64,000 nt of DNA, taken from NCBI RefSeq assembly GCF_006345805.1, contig NC_043016.1, forward strand, positions 18,104,001 through 18,168,000, in the 5' to 3' direction. Position 1 is the stretch's first letter. Each line of letters starts with the position of its first letter. Under the pieces are notes generated by a model. The model searched no databases. It was not told where the DNA came from and saw only the letters and a list, made by a program, of their open reading frames with translations. A program made the translations under genes and the position numbers. Source of the stretch: Octopus sinensis. Taxonomy: Eukaryota. This document shows, in pieces, positions 38,356-51,704 of this stretch.

Positions 38356-39099
38356 ACAAAGCAGAGGAACCATGGTGTAACCCACTATGGTGTGACAAAC
38401 TTTCAGACCCTACTCTAGATTGCAAATCATCGGTACCCCGGGATGGTTCAGCTCTCCACCCGTTAAAAGCCACCGGTTACAGAATGAGGATAACAACGTA
38501 GCTTTCGCACCCGTGCAACTGCCAATCTATTGCGTGTGATGGGTGAATCTTCAAGTTGCCACACGCATTCTTAGTAGCATAGAGTAGGCTCGAATTAGAG
38601 ATTTATTCTTTGTGGCTAATGGCATGAGTCCTGATTGGAAGAAGAAGAAGAAGAAGAAGAAGAAGAAGAAGAAGAAGAAGAAGAAGAAGAAGAAGAAGAA
38701 GAAGAAGAAGAAAGCAGCAGCAGCCAGGTTTCCAAATACGTTGCAAGACATGACTCTCTTATCTAAGGAGAAGGTAGTCTGACAATGAGTTACAGATGTT
38801 CTGTTGCACAGCTTTACCATTTACACTTTTGTGTGCAGTTTAACCCTAACCCTAGGTGTAATCCTAAACTGCAATTCTAACCCAGATCAGGTAATTTCAT
38901 AGCATTGACTACAGATATTGTTGTAGACTGTACATTAGAGTAGCACCAAACTGACTCTGACCACAGTGTCCTGTCTAACTCTTGCCAGCATGGAGAGAAT
39001 GGTAATGATGTACAAAAACAGGAATAGGGCATGTGGAATGGAGGGTTGCTGAAGAGAGTCACAGGATGTGTGATGAAAGATTTCAAGTAAAAGACATGA

Positions 39100-39168
39100 A
39101 AATAATAATAATAATAATAATAATAATATATATAATAATAATGATGATGATGATGATGATGATGATGC

Positions 39169-39199
<31 letters not shown>

Positions 39200-39370
39200 A
39201 TGATGATGATGATACTGATAATAATAATATAATGATAATAATAATAATAATGATAATAATAATAATAATCATAATAATAATAATAATAATAATAATATTA
39301 ATAATATGATGATGATGATTTGATGATGATGAGAATAATAATAAAATCAAATCATTGATGATAATGATAA

Positions 39371-39414
<44 letters not shown>

Positions 39415-39520
39415 ACTACTACTAATAATCATAATTATAATAATAATAATAAATAATAAAATAATAAAATGATAATAATGAAATAATATAATAATAATGA
39501 TAATAATAATAATAATAATG

Positions 39521-39588
<68 letters not shown>

Positions 39589-39600
39589 TAATAATAATAA
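39100..39600. repeat. Compound (AAT)/(GAT)/(TAC)n microsatellite
   Basis: Direct reading. Confidence 0.95.
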
Positions 39601-40313
39601 AGCTGAAGTGAAGACCAAGTATATTAGTGTGTGTGGTTAATAAGCAAAAATGTATGACCATCCTCAAATATAACAATATTTGTTTCAATACAGTTTCACA
39701 TAAGGAACCTTACAAAACAAATACATAGATTAAAATACCCATGCTGAAAGTTTGTTTCCTTATTTTGTTACCTACTTTAATGCCATCACCTGGAACTTTG
39801 GTTACCTTTATCAGACTTCAACTCTCATGCAAGTGCTTGGGGGAAAATTTGCCCTTGTCTGTAAGAATAACTTTCTCCTTCTTTCTTACCATGGGAGGGT
39901 AATGAATAGTCATTACTCTTATGGAGTACAACACAACCACACAAGTGCTGGTGCTGCATTAAAATCCACTCAGTACACACTGTAGGTGGTGGTTAAATGA
40001 ACAGAGGCAACATAGGGTCAAGAAAACTCTTGAAGACCTCCCTAGTGCCGATACCATGGTAAAGTGCATCCCTACACTACAAAAACTGGTTGATGATGAT
40101 GATGATAACGATAATGATGATGATGATGATGATGTGTTTATCTGTGTGTGTGTGTCAGAGAGAGAGAGCAATATGTAGGTAAGTGAGTACTCAAAACTGA
40201 AAGTGAGTGATTTAGTGATATAATTCACTGGAAGTTGATTCCTCATAAATCACTATCCTGATGTTCTGATTGCCAACTGCTTGATGATCATGTGAAACAG
40301 AATGTGAAATTTG

Positions 40314-40345
<32 letters not shown>

Positions 40346-43104
40346 CAAAATGGAACAAGAACGCAAAACATCCAGATAGACGATACAAAAAAACAACAAG
40401 GATGGGTCATTCAAAGCTTTTTACCCTCAGTCAAGAACAGAATCATCCTCCCAATTTTGGTTGATTAATCTTGAGATTGCTCCAATCTGGCCAGCCCCAA
40501 GGAAAAACTAAGCTAAGAGCATTAGATTCCTTTGAAGAAAGCATCGAATGTATGCAAAAACAAGGACGGAAAAACAGACGATGTTCCACAAAATAAATAC
40601 AAAATACAATAAAAATAATAATAATAATAACAGGACATAACAGCAGGTGTCTTTCAATTGAATATATATATATATATATATATACTTGGAAAGTATGTGT
40701 GGCATTCGATCATATAGTAATATAAATAATATATAGATATATGCATATATATACATATATGTACATACCTACATCTATATGTATATATACATGCATATAT
40801 AGGTACAGGATGTCAAAAAAACGTTGAACACAATGAGAAACGAAAACATAAAAACAAAAACATAGAAAACAAACTCTTTTTTGAACAACGTAAAAGACAG
40901 AGAAACGAGACATGCAACATAAAGAATATTCCCCTTCTTCAGTTGTCCCTGTTTCAAAGGTGAGGACAATACATGACTTTGTTGAAACAGAGTTCACTTT
41001 GTAACCATGTTACTTCAGGTTGGGCAAGTTTATTTTTCTACTGTAGCCTCAGGCCCAGGGACTTTGGTTGTTCTGGGGGGGCTACAGTAGCCCAAAGTGC
41101 TACAAAGTAGGACTGAACCTAAGATTGCATAGCTGGAAAGCAAACTTCTTACCACATAACCATGCCTGCGTAATGTGTGTACGTATTGTGTGTATGTATT
41201 GTGTGTATGTATTGTGTGTGTGTATTGTGTGTGTGTGTATTGTGTGTGTGTGTGTGTGTGTGTGTATAACAAAAAACAAAAAAGCTTTGTGAGTGAATTT
41301 GAGAGATAACATGGAAAATAGATATCAAATGATGATAAGGATGATGATGATGATGATGATGTGTGTGTGTGCATGTGCATGTGTCTGTGTGTGTGTACAT
41401 GCATGTGTGCATATGTGTATGTATTTTTGTGTCTTTACCTGAGAATGTTTGTGCAAAGAAAATGGAGTCTCAAATAAGTATTTCTCCAAACTGTGCCTGT
41501 ATGGAAAAAAAAAAATGCATATGAAAAAAAAATAACTGAATCAACAATATAACTGTTGTTCAGAAAATAGAGTAGCATGACACAGAATAATAAAGATGAG
41601 AATAAATTATGCAAATCAGTTGAAGAATATATAAGCATTTGGATAACAAAAAAAAAACCAAAAAACAAAAACAAAAAAAAAATATGCTAATGATTACAAA
41701 AGTGTAAAAAATAATAATAGTGCAAAGGAAATGACTCATGGCTGATAAATATCTCAAAAAGAATTGTTTTTATAAACACCTTACACATATTACCAACATT
41801 TCATTCATAGAAAAATTTGAAAGAAATTTCCCACAAGGGACTCCAAACACAATTGGTTATTAAAAGAAACAGAATCTGCATGTAATAATATATAATAGTC
41901 AATTCTGAGCCATGCTAACCTATACTTTTCAATGAAATTTCCCCCGCAAGCTTTCCTTAAGGGAGAAATTTTTTCCCCCTTACATAGTTTCAGTCATTAG
42001 ACTGCGGCCATGAAGAATTTTAGTTGGGTATATCAGACTTTTCTTTAAATCTGGTACTTATTCTACCAGTCTCTTTTGCCAAACTTGTAAGTTACGGAGA
42101 ATGTAAACATACCAATCTATCTTCAACACAATGGCCCCATATTACAATGAATCCCTGGTCATCAGTGGTTTTAAGGATAGGATTAGTTATATGCCTGATC
42201 CTAAACTTACCAAGAGAGAATGCCACTGTAAGTTTATATGGTTTACACTCCATTTTATCTTCACATAAAAACTTATGAAGGTAAGAAATTCCTAGTTTTA
42301 GTCAATAAGCATTTCTCCTAAACACATAGATACAGTAAAGTGTTTAATAGATATATCTTGAGGGTCTGTTTTAGTAAGCTTGAACTGAGAACAGAGGAAA
42401 GATGCTCATGCAGAGGTAATGCTATATGTCCATTAAACAGCTGATGCAATACAGAAACTATTGTATATAAGGTGGAGGTGGTGTTGAATGACACCAGTGG
42501 AACAACAAACATAAAGAAATATGAGGGCATGACGAAGATCCCTTCAGAACCAGATTCAACAACCATAAGTTCTCATTTAGCATCCAAGCGAGGTGAAATG
42601 TCATGATGCAAGAATGTTGAAGGAAAACACTGCACATTAAGTGAAGGATACAAGAAAAGAGTAAAACCTTTCTTTAACAGCAGTAAAAGGGGCAGATTCT
42701 GTTTGGCTGAGAAAAGAATTATAGTGAAGAACTCCCTTCATTCCAGGCACCTGTCTAAACTATAAAAGTGAGGTTTTCTGTTCTTGCTGCCCTCATGAAC
42801 ACAGATATATCTTAGTGAATTTAACTGATTACACCATAAATATAAATGCTCGATCTCCTTCCTATTAGTGTTCTTTTCTTTACAATTTGAGGAAATGTGA
42901 TTTACCACACCTGACTTTGATACATACATACATAAATACATACATACATACATACATATATATATTTTTTTTTTATGGACACATAAAAGGTGCAGCAATA
43001 TCAAAAGAAGGTTAATCAGGAAAATAGTTTTTGTGTGTAGCAGATGCACTGGAGCAATAAATGTACAGAAAATATACAGATATACAGAAAACTGATTCCA
43101 TCGC

Positions 43105-44190
43105 ATGCCAGGGGGAGAAACTAGAAGTAGTTAATAGCTTCTGTTACCTAGGCGACCAAGTTTGGAGTGGGGACAGTTGCCCTGAGAGTGTAGTAACTAG
43201 AGTAAGTATAGCCTGAGCAAAGTTCAGGGAGCTCCGATTTCTGCTGGCAACTAAGGGCCTCTTGCTCAGAGTGAAAGGTAGATTGTATGATGCATATGTG
43301 CATACTGCCATGCTACATGGCAGTGAAACATGGGCCTTGAATGTAGAGGACATGCATAGGCTTGAAAGAAATGAAGCTTGTATGATCTACTGGATGTGTA
43401 ATGTCAATGTGCATATATGACAGAGTGTAAGTGCCCTGAGAGAAAAGTTGGACATAAGAAGCATCAAATGTGGTGTGCAAGAGAGGCAACTGTGCTGGTA
43501 TGGCCATGTGTTACGTATAAATGAAGATAGCTGTGTGAGGAAGTGCTACTCCCTAACTGTAGAAGGAATTTGTGGTAGAGGTAGGCCCAGGAAGACATGG
43601 GATGGGGTGGTGAAGCTTGACTTTCGAACATTGGGCCTCACAGAGGCAATGACAGGAGACTGGAACCTTTGGAGATATCCTGTGATTAAGAAGACCCAGA
43701 AACTAAAGTGAGATTGCAGCAAAGTATGCACAGCTCTGTTAAGAATACCCTGATGCATCAGGCAATATAATATGCTTGAGAAGACCTCTTGAATCAAGTA
43801 AAACCAATATCGAAGCTGGGGCTGGTGTCCCTGGCTGACACTCATGCCAGTGGCATGTAAAAAGCACCATCTGAACATGGTCGATGCCAGGTCCACCTGA
43901 CTGGCTCCTGTGCTGGTGGGCATTTAAAAAGCACCAACCAATTGTGACCGATGCCAGTACCCCTTGACTGGCTCCTGTACTGGTAGCACATAAAAAGCAC
44001 CCACTACCCTCTTGGAGTGGTTGGCATTAGGAAGGGCAGCCAGCTGTAGAAACACTGCCAGATCAGACTGGTGCCTGGTGCAGCCTCCTGGCTTCCCAGA
44101 CCGCAGTCAAACCGCTCAACCCATGCCAGCATGGAAAACAAATGTTAAATGATAATGATAATGATGATGATGATGATGATGATGATGATG
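43105..44190 (+). mobile_element. 5'-truncated RTE-clade LINE with an unamplified 3' UTR
   Basis: LEVVNSFCYLGD, MLHGSETW and WYGHVLR...GRGRPRKTW motifs with in-frame stops. Ends in (GAT)n. Confidence 0.88.
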
Positions 44191-44686
44191 TGTATGTATA
44201 CAAACACACACACATACACACACACACACATATTGTTCAAATTTACAGAAAGCAAAAGACAAAGACTACATCTTGCTGAGCTCAGACTGACATTGTTATC
44301 TTCTTCAACAGTAATAGTTTGTTAGTTTTCTTACTTGGTTAAAACGAAGATTACTATCTTAAAAAAGTGAATGTAAATTATTCTACAAAATCAAAACTAA
44401 ATTGCAACCAAAACACTAGAGATGATGGCAGTGACATTCCATAATTTCAGGTAAGCAATGTATGGAACAATTTATGGGACATAGCCACATTTGACTGTGG
44501 CCACGCTAGAGCACCGCCTTTAGTTGAGCAAGTCGACCCCAGGACTTATTCTTTTAAGCCTAGCACTTATTCTATTGGTCTCTGTTACCAAACCGCTAAG
44601 TTATGTTGACGTAAACACACCAGCATCAGTTGTCAAGTGATGTTGGGGGACAAACACAGACACACAAACATATACACATGCACATA

Positions 44687-44754
<68 letters not shown>

Positions 44755-45847
44755 GACAAGCTTCTCTCAGTTTCTGTCAACCAAATCCATTCACAAGGCT
44801 TTGGTCAGCCCGAGGCTATAGTAGAAGACTCTTGTCCATGGTGCCATGCAGTGGGACTGAACCCGGAACCATGTGGTTCATAAGCAAGCTACGTACCACA
44901 CAGCCACTCCTATGCCTATTAATGTATGATTAATTTTTCAGGATCTCTTCATTTGTTTCACCATCACATATTCATGAAGATGTGATGTAAATAAATCCTC
45001 ACTAGTAAAACACATTGCCACCTAAGTTTCTTCTTAGCCACCCTTCCATAGTTTGTGTATGGATGACCAAAACTGAGTAAATGTTTGATGACTAAATTGG
45101 TATAGAAGTTGAAGAGACCATGTAAGAAGCTCAAGCATCAGATATAAAGCATTTTGTATGAAATTTTGGTATGTCACTAACGTTACTTTTAGTTTCTGTC
45201 ACAATTTACTTTCATGTTTTTAGGACAGGTTACTTTCACTTTTTTAAAATGACAGGCTGCATGTTAACCTTGAAAAGATATATATATAGCAAAGGATATG
45301 ACTCGAGAAGTGTTAAGTAAGCTATGTGAAATGTTTATTATACTGAAAATAAATTAGGTAAGATTTGAAAGCAAAAATCTTGTAATGGAAATTGTATAGA
45401 TATGTGAGATTGTAAATGTGAAATGATTTATTGAGAAAACTATATTAAAGAAGAAATAAATAAAATTATAAAAAGGCGAGGAGTTATGAATTAAAACTGT
45501 ATGGAAGAGCTGGAAACATATATTCTTAAACAAATTTGAAGATGGCATGGACATGCATGGATAAATGTAGAAAAGAAGCTGATAAAAAATCAACATTGAA
45601 TGAAATGTTATAGTATGAAAGAAATCTGAAAGAGATATTAAATTAGATGAAAATATATATATATATTATATATTATATATATATACATACAGAAATGGCT
45701 GTGTGGTAAGTAGCTTGCTTACCAACCACATGGTCCTGGGTTTAGTCCCACTGCATGGCACCTTGGGCAAGTGTCTTCTAGTATAGCCTTGTGTCGACCA
45801 AAGCCTTGTGAGTGGATTTGGTAGACGGAAACTGAAAGAAGCCTGTT

Positions 45848-45879
<32 letters not shown>

Positions 45880-46176
45880 GTTTGTGTGTGTATATGTTTG
45901 TGTGTTTGTGTTTATCCCCCCAACATCGCTTGACAACCAATGCTGGTGTGTTGTGTTTACGTCCCCGTAACCTAGCAGTTCGGCAAAAGAAACTGATAGA
46001 ATAAGTACTAGCTTACAAAGAATAAGTTCTGGGGTCAATTTGCTTGACTAAAGGCAGTGCTCCAGCATGGCCACAGTCACATGACTGAAACAAGTAAAAG
46101 AGTAAAAGAGTAAAGAGTATATAAGAAAAATGAAATTATTGATAATGCAAAGAAAGTTTAATAAAATGTCAACTGA

Positions 46177-46207
<31 letters not shown>

Positions 46208-46533
46208 GGCATACTTTATTTTGATTTATGTGTCCCTTTTTGACTTTACATCATTTTTGGAAGAAATTAATGTCAAAAATCAACCTCAACTTCAATAAAT
46301 TTATGTGACTTACCGTCAGTCTCAGTGAGCATACTTAGAAATATAAAATTTAAAAAAAAATACCAAAAAAAAAATACTTAAATAGAAAACCAAATAAAAT
46401 TCCTGTGGAAATGTGTATAAACCATTTATTAAAACTGTTAATAAATTTTTTTAAATGTTTTACCGTGTTGTGCTGTTTTTTGACTTAAGTCACTTATCTT
46501 GGAACCAATTAATGTGAGTTGAGGTATGACTAT

Positions 46534-46534
<1 letters not shown>

Positions 46535-46575
<41 letters not shown>

Positions 46576-47065
46576 ACGCATACACTTACACATACATACA
46601 TACAAACATACACAAACACACACAAATATGCACACGTATACATGCACACAGACATGCATGTACACACACGCATGCTTAAACACACATGCATAAACACACA
46701 CATATATGCACACACTCAGACACACATACACATATCCCCACATGCATACACACACACACATGCAGAAACACACAAATATGCACACACATACATGCACACA
46801 TACACACACGTATGCACACAGACATGCATGCACACACATAATACTCAAACATGCATGCATAAACACACAGATACGCACACACACGCACACACACGCACAC
46901 ACACGCACACGTACACACACATGCATATACACACACATGCACACACACAGACATATACATGCACATATACACACACGTGCACACACACACATGCATATAT
47001 ACATACATAGACATACACATGCACATATACACATGCATGCACAACACACATACACACACACATGA
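46535..47065. repeat. (CA/TA)-rich low-complexity tract
   Basis: Direct reading. Similar (ATAC)n tracts at 51650-52070 and 56010-56250. Confidence 0.95.
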
Positions 47066-48829
47066 TATGGATGCAAAATTGGTTGTCAAGTGGTGGTGGG
47101 GAACAAACACAAACAGACACACACACACACTCACATTTATATGATGGGCTTCTTTGAGTTTCCACCCACCATATCCATTGACAAGGCATTAGTCAGCCCG
47201 AAGCTATAGTAGAAGACACTTGCCTAAGGTGTCATGCAGTGAGACTGAACCCAGAACCATGTGGCTGGTAAGCAAGCTTCTTACCATACAGCCATAAAGA
47301 AACAAAAGAAAAAAAACATAAAATCGCTGATGTGGCTGATGACAGTACCGCCTGATTGGCACTTGTGCCAGTGGAACATTAAAAGCACATCCGAGCATGA
47401 TCGCTGCCAGGGCCACGGATTGGCTCCTGTGCTGGTGACACGTGAAAAGCACCATTCAAGTGTGATCGTTACCAGCGTCGCTTTACCGGCACATGTACTG
47501 GTGGCACACGAAAACCAACATTCGAGCAACTTTTGAGTGTGATCATTGCTAGAAGCGCCTGACTGGCCCCTGTGCTGGTGGCACATAAAAGCACCCACTA
47601 CACTCTTGGAGTGGTTGGCGTTAGGAAGGGCATCCAGCTGTAGAAACTCTGCCAGATCAAGACTGGAACCTGGTGCAGCCTCTGGCTCACCAGTCCTCAG
47701 TCAAACCATCCAACCCATGTTAGCATGGAAAGCGGACGTTAAATGATGATGATGATGATGATGATGAGCAGCAATTAAATTGAATTATAAAGATGAATCA
47801 GATGAATATTATTAGGATTAGAAACAGAATTCCTCTCAAAAACCCCCCAAAATTAAGCTTCTTACCACACCTTGATACCTGCACCTATGAATGTATCTAT
47901 TAACATTTTAACAATTCTTCTTATTAGTTTGATTCAGTCACTGTTTTAACTGACTTCATTCCCATTTTGTAGTAATTTGAACCCTCGCTGCTAGATATTC
48001 ACTTAGAGATTGCAAGTTTCACATAATTAATCTATAAATTGACCAATCAGCATGAAGCTGTTGCAAGATATGGCAGTTTAGTTGTTTTAATAATTACTCA
48101 CTTTTCATGCCATAAAACCTGTTTGGTATCTAATTCGCCATGCAGACAACCTCTGGCATTTGAGTGAATAGCTTTAGATTTTTGTGCAGATGACTTTCGG
48201 TGCTGGGACGGACCAATTCCAAACATTCACATGATGTCCAATTGGTAACCTACAGATACAGATACAGCACAGTCTTCTTTCTTTCCAGTTAGCAGTTGTA
48301 TTATTAACTTCTTTCACTATGAATGGCCAGTATGAAATATCATGTCCAGCACAAAATATTGATTTCAAATTTTAGCACAAGGCCAGCAATTTCAGTGGCA
48401 TGGGAAGTCAGTTACATTGATCCCAGTGCTCAACTGGTACTTATTTTATCAACCATGAAAGGATGAAAGGTAAAGTTGACTCCAGCAGGATTTGAACACC
48501 TGCAAAGACGGATGACATGCCACTAAGCATTTTTGTGGCATGCCACCTTTATCCAGTGCTAAATATTAAAGCTGAAGATTTATGAGGTTTGCTTCTATTA
48601 TTATTTATGCAACCAACATATCCCATATCGTTACAAACGTTCACAATATATCGTCATTGACTACCTTGACACAAGTGACCAAGCAACTACATAATGTTCC
48701 TCCCAACTCAATGTTCTGTTCAGTGAAACGATTATCAAATAAACACACTCGAAAAGAGGTTAGGATTATATCTTGGATATGTTTTCTATAACAGAATGCT
48801 TTTCCTATCATCAACTATTCCATGTACTG

Positions 48830-49252
48830 GTTGTATTTTGTTGTAGCATCAAGCACTAATGAGGATGTGAAAAAACTCCTCTTTACTCTATGATGAGTCA
48901 AAGAGGGTAAGTTCATCTCTTGTTTGGATATTATCGAACAAATACAGAAATGATCTCTCAGTATCTTTACAAGAAATGAAGCACCTCAAGAAAATATACA
49001 CATCAAATATTTTAAGGAGTGAGAGGAAAAATGTGCAGATTAAATGACATTTTCTCAGATAATGAGAATATTCTGCACATGCCAATTACAAGAGCATCTG
49101 CTGAAAGATCTTTTATCAAAAACTTATTTGGAAGCATAATAATACGAAAAAGACTGGCTGAGCTAGTTGGCTTTAGTATTGAGAGAGAAATTGCAGGGAG
49201 AATCAGCTTAACTGAAATAAAAACATTTGTTTTAAGAAGAGCATGTATATAG
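48830..49252 (+). mobile_element. hAT transposase C-terminal (dimerisation domain) remnant
   Basis: MPITRASAERSF...KRLAELVGFSIERE matches the hAT P.T..S.ERSFS...RL..L...SIE pattern. Confidence 0.75.
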
Positions 49253-49689
49253 TCTGTTTTGTTTTATGGAGAGTATATGTATCTGTTTTCTTTTTTAAGG
49301 AGTGCATAAAGCCACTCTACCTCGTAGGGATAATTGTAAATACATCCTGAATTCTAGAAAAACCATACATACAGTTTTATATATCAGGATGCCCCACACA
49401 CGAATATATACACAAAGTGAATTTAAATCATGCTTTCTTCTTTTTCGCTGAGGCATTGCAGTGAGTATCGTGCGCACATTATAAACACACCAACCATTGA
49501 CCCCTTACGTCTCTTGATTGTATATATAATTGTATCTTTTTTATACACACATACAATGAGGAAAGCGGGAACAGTTAACAACGAAAACTAAAACATCTTA
49601 TTTATCTCCTTAACAAGTGTGCTATATCTTCACGTGTGCTATATCTTTCACTTTTTTTTTTTTTGTTTACCTTTGTACTATGGTATTGA

Positions 49690-50490
49690 TGGGCAGACAG
49701 AACAAAACTGCCATGTTGTCATCCGTGGATGAACTGTGTGACAAAACTGGTTGTTGTCCCAAAATAGAGCATTGTCCGGCAAATCACATCTGTCATCTAT
49801 GGACAGAACTCGAAAATTCCTTCCGAAATAGATGGGTCGAATTCAGTAAATGTCATGTTTCGATCTGCTTTCAATGTGCCACAAACTTTCAAAAGATCCC
49901 AGGTGAATAAAAAGGACACCATACTTATATGATGGATAAACTCTGGGAAATGGTCCAGCTACCAAATTGGTCATTTCAGTGTCTGACTTGTGTGTCCTTT
50001 GCTACCATTGCTGCTGAACAGCAATTAAAACCAACTACTTTGTCTCCTAAAACCAGTCCTGTTGTTGAAGAACAACAACAAAAACTAAAGCTGCCCGTGT
50101 CTTCCTCCCCTGTCACTCTTCAACAACAGCAACAAAAATCGACCATTCCTGTTGAAGAACATCAACAAAAACTTAAGGCCCCCATGTCTTCCTCCCCTGT
50201 TGGTCTTCAACAACAAAAATTGACCATTCCAGCCGAAGAACACCAGCTAAAGCCATGGGTAGTCACTGAATCAACTACCCATAAGGTAATTGTCATCGGA
50301 GTATCAAAAGACATAGTTGATCAACAGGCATTTACAGGCAACATATCTAAGGACCTAAGCTGTGTTCTTCCAAAAAGTGCTTTCCGCTTTGGCTGACCAG
50401 GATCCAAATTCAGATTGATTAGGCTGTCGTTTTCGAACTCTACTGAGGCATGGGCATATCATCTAGCTACTGATAGGGCTCAGTACGAAA
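49690..50490 (+). mobile_element. Decayed LINE ORF1-like region (Cys/His finger, Gln-rich repeats, RRM-like segment), CR1/L2-type
   Basis: Cys-rich stretch ending WSFQCLTC, then KVIVIGV...AFRFG*PGSKFRLIRLSF across stops. Family assignment is an inference. Confidence 0.5.
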
Positions 50491-50545
50491 ACAGAATTAC
50501 CACTGACAAAATTCCATGCTGCATCTCCGAGATGCAGCACAGAAT

Positions 50546-50596
50546 TTTGTCAGTGAACAGGTCGCGGTCTGAAAGCGACGAAAATATTTTGGCAAA
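50546..50596 (+). ncRNA. Hammerhead-like motif with a G3-C8 core swap
   Basis: tttgtca-GTGAACA-g-gtcgc-ggtctgaaa-gcgac-GAAA-ATAT-TT-tggcaaa. Confidence 0.6.
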
Positions 50597-50870
50597 TTAA
50601 ATTTAAATGTTGAAGTGAATCTAACGGTTTTTGTGTGTTTCTTAAATGGCTTATAAACACATTCCATGCTGCAATTGTTTTTGTTCCAGCACACAATTTC
50701 AGATCACGTCATGTGCTATGCAAGTACATCTCCGTAATATATATAGTCTGTTTTGTTTTAAGGAAAGCATATATAGTCTGTTGTGTTTGGGGAGAGTCAT
50801 TTTCTTTTTGTGCCTTATAATAATAACACACTCACCGGTAAAATTTTCACTTTTTTCTTATTTTTATTTT

Positions 50871-50907
50871 CCTAAAATTTTCGTTGCATCTTGCAACCTT
50901 TTCAATA
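50871..50907 (-). ncRNA. Hammerhead-like motif with a U3-A8 core
   Basis: Minus strand reads ta-TTGAAAA-g-gttgc-aagat-gcaac-GAAA-AT-TT-tagg. It lies between ~45-bp inverted repeats (50774-50819 / 50905-50952). Confidence 0.55.
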
Positions 50908-51564
50908 TAAGACACAAAAAGAAAATGACTCTCCCCAGACACAACAGAATATGCTTCAACACACGAACTCATATAAAGAATCTTGCAAACCAAATCCCAA
51001 AACGAAACATATGTAGTCTGTTTTTCTTTAAGGAGAGTATATATATATATAGTAAAAGAGTAAAAGAGTTAGAGTATACAATAAACTCAAACAGTGAAAT
51101 AATTCTGACTGAAGACTTCGTGGGAGAGAGGAGAAATGTCAAATGGTGTTGGAGAGTAAATAAATCTAGATTAGTGTGGAAGAGAGAAGAAAGAGGATGT
51201 AAGGGAGAGTCGAAAGGTAAAAACTGTCACTTAATAGAAGGAACAATAGTTAGAGAGAGAGGAGGAAAAAAGTAAAAAAATATTCTAACAGGTTTGAAAA
51301 AAAAAAAAGAAACAGTAAGAGGGAAATGCTTTGAAGAATGCTGGAGAAGGAAATGACAAGGATGTATTATAGAGACATGCAAATACAGGCAGAAAAACTG
51401 GCTGGAAGTCTTACTCCTCCATCCAGTGAGATCTGATATGTACAGGATTGTATACTTTACTCCCTCTCAAGAAGATGATTAAAGAAACTTAATAGTAGCT
51501 TGAATATAAATCCTGTGTGTATATATACATACATATAGATAAATAAATAGATAGATAGATAGAT

Positions 51565-51611
<47 letters not shown>

Positions 51612-51670
51612 GAGAAAAACAATTGCATAAACCACATACCATAAACAACATACGTACATACATACATACA

Positions 51671-51704
<34 letters not shown>

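Noticed and set aside
38841-38856. Telomere-like (TAACCC)2
   Set aside because: Only two units; not distinguishable from chance.
40931-40960. Minus-strand GAAAC...CTGAAGA motif
   Set aside because: Helices I and III and a cleavage site are absent in this copy.
48101-48249. Minus-strand exon-like segment (ctgtag ... gtgagt)
   Set aside because: Stops in all three frames and no partner exons identified; a non-coding exon cannot be excluded.
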